This document shows positions 59,308-64,000 of a DNA stretch of 64,000 nucleotides, in pieces (position 1 is the first letter of the stretch; every line of letters begins with the position of its first letter). Position numbers and translations under genes: made by a program. The notes below the pieces were generated by a model. That model made no database searches and was not told the DNA's origin. It worked only from the letters and a program-made list of their open reading frames with translations. Origin of the DNA: Octopus vulgaris. Its lineage: Eukaryota. Location of the stretch: positions 28,396,001 through 28,460,000 of the forward strand of contig OX597836.1 in the NCBI GenBank assembly GCA_951406725.2, given 5' to 3'.

Positions 59308-59975
59308 TTATCTTTGTCCCCCCCCACTATTGCTTGACAACTGATGTGGGTGTGTTCACGTCCCCGTAACTTAGCGGTTCGGGAAAAGACACTGATAGAA
59401 TAAGTACTCGGCTTACAAAGACTAAATGTTGGGGGTCGATTTGTTCGACTAAAAGGCGGTGCTCCAGCATGGCCACAGCAGCCAAATGACTGAAACAAAT
59501 AGAAGAAAAGAATAAAAAGAATATATGTGTATGTATGTGTGTGTGTGTGTGTCCTATATTTTATACAGTATCTCTCTCTCTCATGTGTATATGTGTTTGT
59601 GCATGTTTATATATATATATTGTGTTGACCATACCAACCATGTATTTTTTGTTCATTCCACTCACACTTTATTTATTAACACCATTTGCTCCAGTATCTG
59701 TACTCTGTACTTGACTGCTAATCCTCTCTGGAAACACCTACTGTCAGGGAAAGTAAAAAGCTTTGGTGAAATAAGCCCTTTTACTAGAAGAAAGAGGTAA
59801 TTAACTAGTTTGATCCAACTGAACACATCACCCTTCTCTCCTTTTCTCTCTATCTCTCTCACACACACTATACTATTAATGATTTCTTCTGTCTAGGTAC
59901 AATACCACAAATGGGGTGTTAGGTTACATAGTGTCGATTGATTCAACATGTCAGTTTATATCAGTAGTAAGTATA

Positions 59976-60796
59976 CAAGGTCTGATCAATAAGTATTCGG
60001 ATTGTTGCCATAGTAATGAAGTTAAAGCATGCTGAGTGAAGCCTGTTTAGCACAGATTGACCTTGGACTCTGCTGTGCACGCGCATTTCCACTGTTTATA
60101 GCAGTGTTTGGAATGAAGATGTGTAGCGTGTGATCGACACATTGACCATGAGAGGGAAAGTTGTCATGGCGATAACCTGCTCAAGGCTGACGTAAAGTTG
60201 CAGAAAGTGTATGAGCCGCACACAGGTGGATGAGTGGTTCAGATGTTTCCTAGATGGCTGAAAAAATGTCGATAGCGATGAATGTTCTGGGAGATCCGCA
60301 ACCAGCAGAACTGAGAAAAAACATTGTAGATGTGTATGCAGCCGTGAGGGGAAACCCTTGATTCACCATCCATGAGTTATCAGAGGATGTGCAGTTTAAT
60401 TACGGTTCAGTGTCTGCTAAGTTTGTGCTAAAACTGCTTTCAGCTGACCAAAAGGACACTTGGGTTTTTAGTTGTACAAGATCTCCTTGATTGTGTCGAG
60501 AATGATGAAAACTTTTTGAAAACTTTGCATAGGCCTCTGAGCAGATATCGCCAAATTTTGGCAACATTTGATGCAGATTCTCTGCTCAACTTTTTCTGTC
60601 ATGGTCAATGCAATGATCACATACTACACATGTTCCTTCCAAGCACTGCTGTAAACAGCAGAAGTGAGCTACAATGTTAAAACTTAGTGCACATGCACAA
60701 CAGAGTGCCAAGCAGCTTCACTGTGCGTGCTTTACTCTGCATGCTTTTAGTGTCATTACTATGGCAACAGTCCAGATAGTTATTGATCAGACCTTG
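59976..60796 (+). mobile_element. mariner deletion derivative with long TIRs
   Basis: TA|CAAGGTCTGATCAATAA ... TTATTGATCAGACCTTG|TA; internal EWFRCFLDG..DECSGRSATS..FTIHELSE..AKFVLKLL transposase remnant. Confidence 0.88.
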
Positions 60797-60911
60797 TATA
60801 TTTTCTGTTTATATTATTTAGTTTATATTTTATACAAGGAATGGCAAATGTGAACTCAGTATGTGATGGGATACAAGTGGCGCTGGTATTTGGTCCCTTC
60901 ATGTTCAAATC

Positions 60912-61107
60912 TATTTCTGTATTACCCACAAGGGGCTAAACATAGAGGGGACAAACAAGGACAGGCATAGGTATAAAGTCGATTACATAACTGGTACTTA
61001 ATTTATCGACCCCGAAAGGATGAAAGGCAAAGTCGACCTCGGCGGAATTTGAACTCACAATGTAGGGACAGACGAAATATCGCAAAGCATTTCGCCCGGT
61101 GTGCTAA
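60912..61107 (-). mobile_element. tRNA-derived SINE (family B)
   Basis: Family sequence. Confidence 0.8.
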
Positions 61108-61239
61108 CGTTTCTGCCAGGTCGCCGACTTTGTGTTCAAATCTGACTTGAGTTGATGTTTGATTGTGAAATCCTTTGATCCCATATTTCAGATGAAGTAT
61201 ACTGCCTTTGCTCCAGTCAATTTGAAAAATAACAAAGTA

Positions 61240-61607
61240 GGCATGGCTGTGTGGTAAGAAGCTTGCTTCCCAACCACATGGTTCTACGTTCAGTCCCACT
61301 GCATGGCACTTTAGGCAAAGTGTCTTCTATCACCTTGGGCTGAATCAAAGCCTTGTGAGTGAATTTGGTAGACAGAAAATGATACACACACAGATGTGTA
61401 TATCTATCTATGTGTGTGTGTGTGTGTCTATGTTTGTCTCCCAACACCACTTGACAACCGGTGTTGGTTTGTTTATGTCCCTGTAACTTAGTGGTTCTGC
61501 AAAAGAGACATAGAATTATCACTAAGCTTTAAAAAACGAGTCTTAAGGATCGATTTGTCTCGGTGCCCCAGCATGGCTACAGTCAAACGACAGAAATGAG
61601 TAAAAGG
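61240..61607 (+). mobile_element. tRNA-derived SINE (family A)
   Basis: Diverged full-length family sequence. Confidence 0.8.
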
Positions 61608-61699
61608 TTGTGTGTGTGTGTAGGATTATAGTCTCATGACAGCCAATTCTTAATATTGAACAGTTTCATGCTGATGACCTTCCAGAAACACAGAAGTAG

Positions 61700-62537
61700 A
61701 ATTTATCGACCCTGAAAGGATGAAAGGTAAAGTTGACCTTGGCAGAATTTGAACTCAGAACGTAAAGACAGACAAAATAGCACTGAGGATTTTGCCTGGC
61801 TTGCTAATGATTCTGCCAGCTCAAGCACAAATGAGCTGCATTGCTCAACAGCTACAACAGTGATACTTAGCTGTAGATGTACTCTACAATAATATTTGAC
61901 CTACTCAAGATGGCGAGCTGGCAGAAACGTTAGCATGCTGGGCGAAATGCGTAGCCGTATTTTGTCTGCCGTTTTGTTCTGAGTTCATATTCCACCGAGG
62001 TCGACTTTGCCGTTCATCCTTTCGGGGTCGATAAATTGAGTACCAGTTAAGCACTGGGGTCGATGTAATCGTCTTAATCTGTTTGTCTGTCCTTGTTTGT
62101 CCCTTCTGTTTAGCCACTTGTGGGTAGTAAAGAAATAGGTATTTTGCCTGTCTTTATGTTTTGAGTTCAAATTCCACCGAGGTTGACTTTACCTTTCATC
62201 CTTTCAGCATTGATAAATTAAGCACCAGTTGCATACTGGGGTCGAGCTAATCGACTGGGTCCCTTCCTCCAAAATTTCGTACCTTGTGCCTAGAGTAGAA
62301 AAGAATATATGGTACCAAGATAAGGCGGTGAGCTGGCAGAAACATTAGCATGCCGGGTGAAATGCTTAGCAGTATTTCATCTGTCTGCTTCTGAGTTCAA
62401 ATTCCACTGAGGTCGACTTTACCTTGCGTCCTTTCGGTGGTTGGTAAGTTAAGTACAAGTTACGTACTGGAATCGATCTAATCAACTGGGCCTCCTCCCT
62501 CAAAATTTTGTGCCTTGTGCCTAGAGTAGAAAAGAAT
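61700..62537. mobile_element. SINE-B cluster (one inverted head, several forward units)
   Basis: Minus 61700-61822; plus 61910-62305 and 62323-62537. Confidence 0.8.
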
Positions 62538-62985
62538 ATTTGACTTGCTCTGTCACACTCAACAGTATTTGATCTGTTCTGTCACACTCGAATGGAAGTA
62601 TTACTCAAAAAAAGCAATATTTGACCTACTCTACCACACTTAAGTTGAGTGTTACTCAACAATATTTGACCTGTTCTGCTAAACTGGAGTGGAGTATTAC
62701 ACAGTATTTGGCCAACTCTGTCACCCAACAACAATTTTGGCCTATCCTGCCACACTCAAGAAGAGTGTTACTCATCAGTAACATTTGACCTATTCTGCTA
62801 CACTCAAGTGTGATATTCCTCAATAACAACAATATTTGACCTTTTATCATACTCAAGTAGTGTTACTCAACAAGATTTGATCTGCTCTGCCAAACTCAAG
62901 TAGCTTTACTCAACAACAATATTTGACCTACTCTGCCACACTCAAGTGGAGTGTTACTCAACAACAACATTTGACCTACTGTGTG
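62535..62985. repeat. Minisatellite, ~30-50 bp units AATATTTGACCTACTCTGCCACACTCAAGTGGAGTGTTACTCAAC
   Basis: About 11 ATTTGACCT-type cores; an orphan unit at 61891-61909. Confidence 0.88.
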
Positions 62986-63854
62986 TCATAGCCAAAATCT
63001 TCCTTCTTAAACTGCCTACTATTTGTAGCTGTTGGCTGAACAATATGTACTGACCTTAGAGAGGTCACTGTGAGGTTAGTGAAGTAGGTGGTGTTCGGGT
63101 GAGGGTGAGAGGGCTCTGTTAATGATAGGAAAATAGCCAAATAGCCCTTGGACTCTTGTGTGTTAGAGAGAGAGAGAGAGAGAGAGAGTGATATAGGAGA
63201 AAATCACTATGCTCAATTTAACTCACCTGTGTTGTGTGGTAGGTGAGAAGCAACACATACACATGCACACACACACACAAGACAGACAGACACACACACA
63301 TACACACACAGAGCTAGAAAGCAAAGAGAGAGGTGAAGCCAAACACAGACAGACAGAAGGGAGGAGAGAGAGAGAGAGAGAAGGAAGTTAGTGTGGGCAA
63401 GAAAAGATAAGGAATGGTTGATTGGGAAGAAAAGAAGAGAGATGGAGGAGGAGGAGGAATTAGTGGTGGCTGGAATGAAGAGAAATATAGAAAGAATGAA
63501 TGAGGAGTAGGAAGAGAAAGGAAAATAGATAGTGGTGGGAGGTGGGGGTGGATAGCTGTAAAGGATTGTATGTGGAGAGAGAATAGGAAGTCAGCAAGGA
63601 AGGTGGTGGTGGAGGAGGTAGTGATGGTGGTGTCGAAGGTTGTTATTTTTTTTTTTCCTATTGGCTTCCTATATGGTACTTCAGTTTGTATTTGATTCAT
63701 AAAAAAAGAAAAAAAAAGCTTTCGTCTTTGACATGAATAACTCTATAGGCAGGCAGGTAAGCTGATATTCCCACCTGACTACATCAAATACTATTATTAC
63801 TGATTTCTGAGTAAAAATGCCTGGAATATTTTTGTTTGTTTTGGTCACATATAT

Positions 63855-64000
63855 ATCTATTCGCTCAGTCGACTCGGTCACCCGATGGATCAGTGTCCTC
63901 CAGTCAGTTCTATCCTGGGCCGCTTCTTTCAGATCGGCTATGTCCATTCCGGTATCACTCTTGATGGTGTCAAGCCAGCGGGTTCTTGGTCGGCCTCTTC
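63855..64000 (-). mobile_element. RTE (Bov-B-like) LINE 3' end, truncated by window edge
   Basis: RGRPRTRWLDTIKSDTGMDIADLKEAAQDRTDWRTLIHRVTES. Confidence 0.8.

Overview
Eukaryotic genomic DNA, AT-rich and dense in microsatellites and SINEs. The repeat families suggest an octopus-type cephalopod (inference). Two host genes are supported. (1) A minus-strand PRDM10/15-like gene with a PR zinc knuckle, a PR/SET domain, two AT-hooks and at least 13 zinc fingers; it has five coding exons from 9410 down to the window edge, including a >4 kb exon. (2) An intronless HYLS1-like centriole/cilia gene at 34.0-35.4 kb. Most of the rest is layered mobile DNA: a cluster of about six divergent Merlin/IS1595-type transposase remnants at 23-32.5 kb (one open ORF inside TIRs) plus Merlin-type MITEs; RTE LINE remnants carrying a PHD-like finger inside the RT; CR1, RLE-type and Penelope remnants; mariner, pogo, hAT and piggyBac derivatives; and two tRNA-derived SINE families. 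The most notable unexplained structures are a ~230 nt highly structured element with a type I hammerhead fold (32985-33215), an orientation-switching array of ~29 TTCCTGGAA (STAT/GAS-type) units (42.2-43.2 kb), tandem tRNA-Trp 3'-end/PBS copies (31.3 kb), long intronic hairpins and higher-order minisatellites. Coordinates were read by eye; repeat boundaries are approximate.
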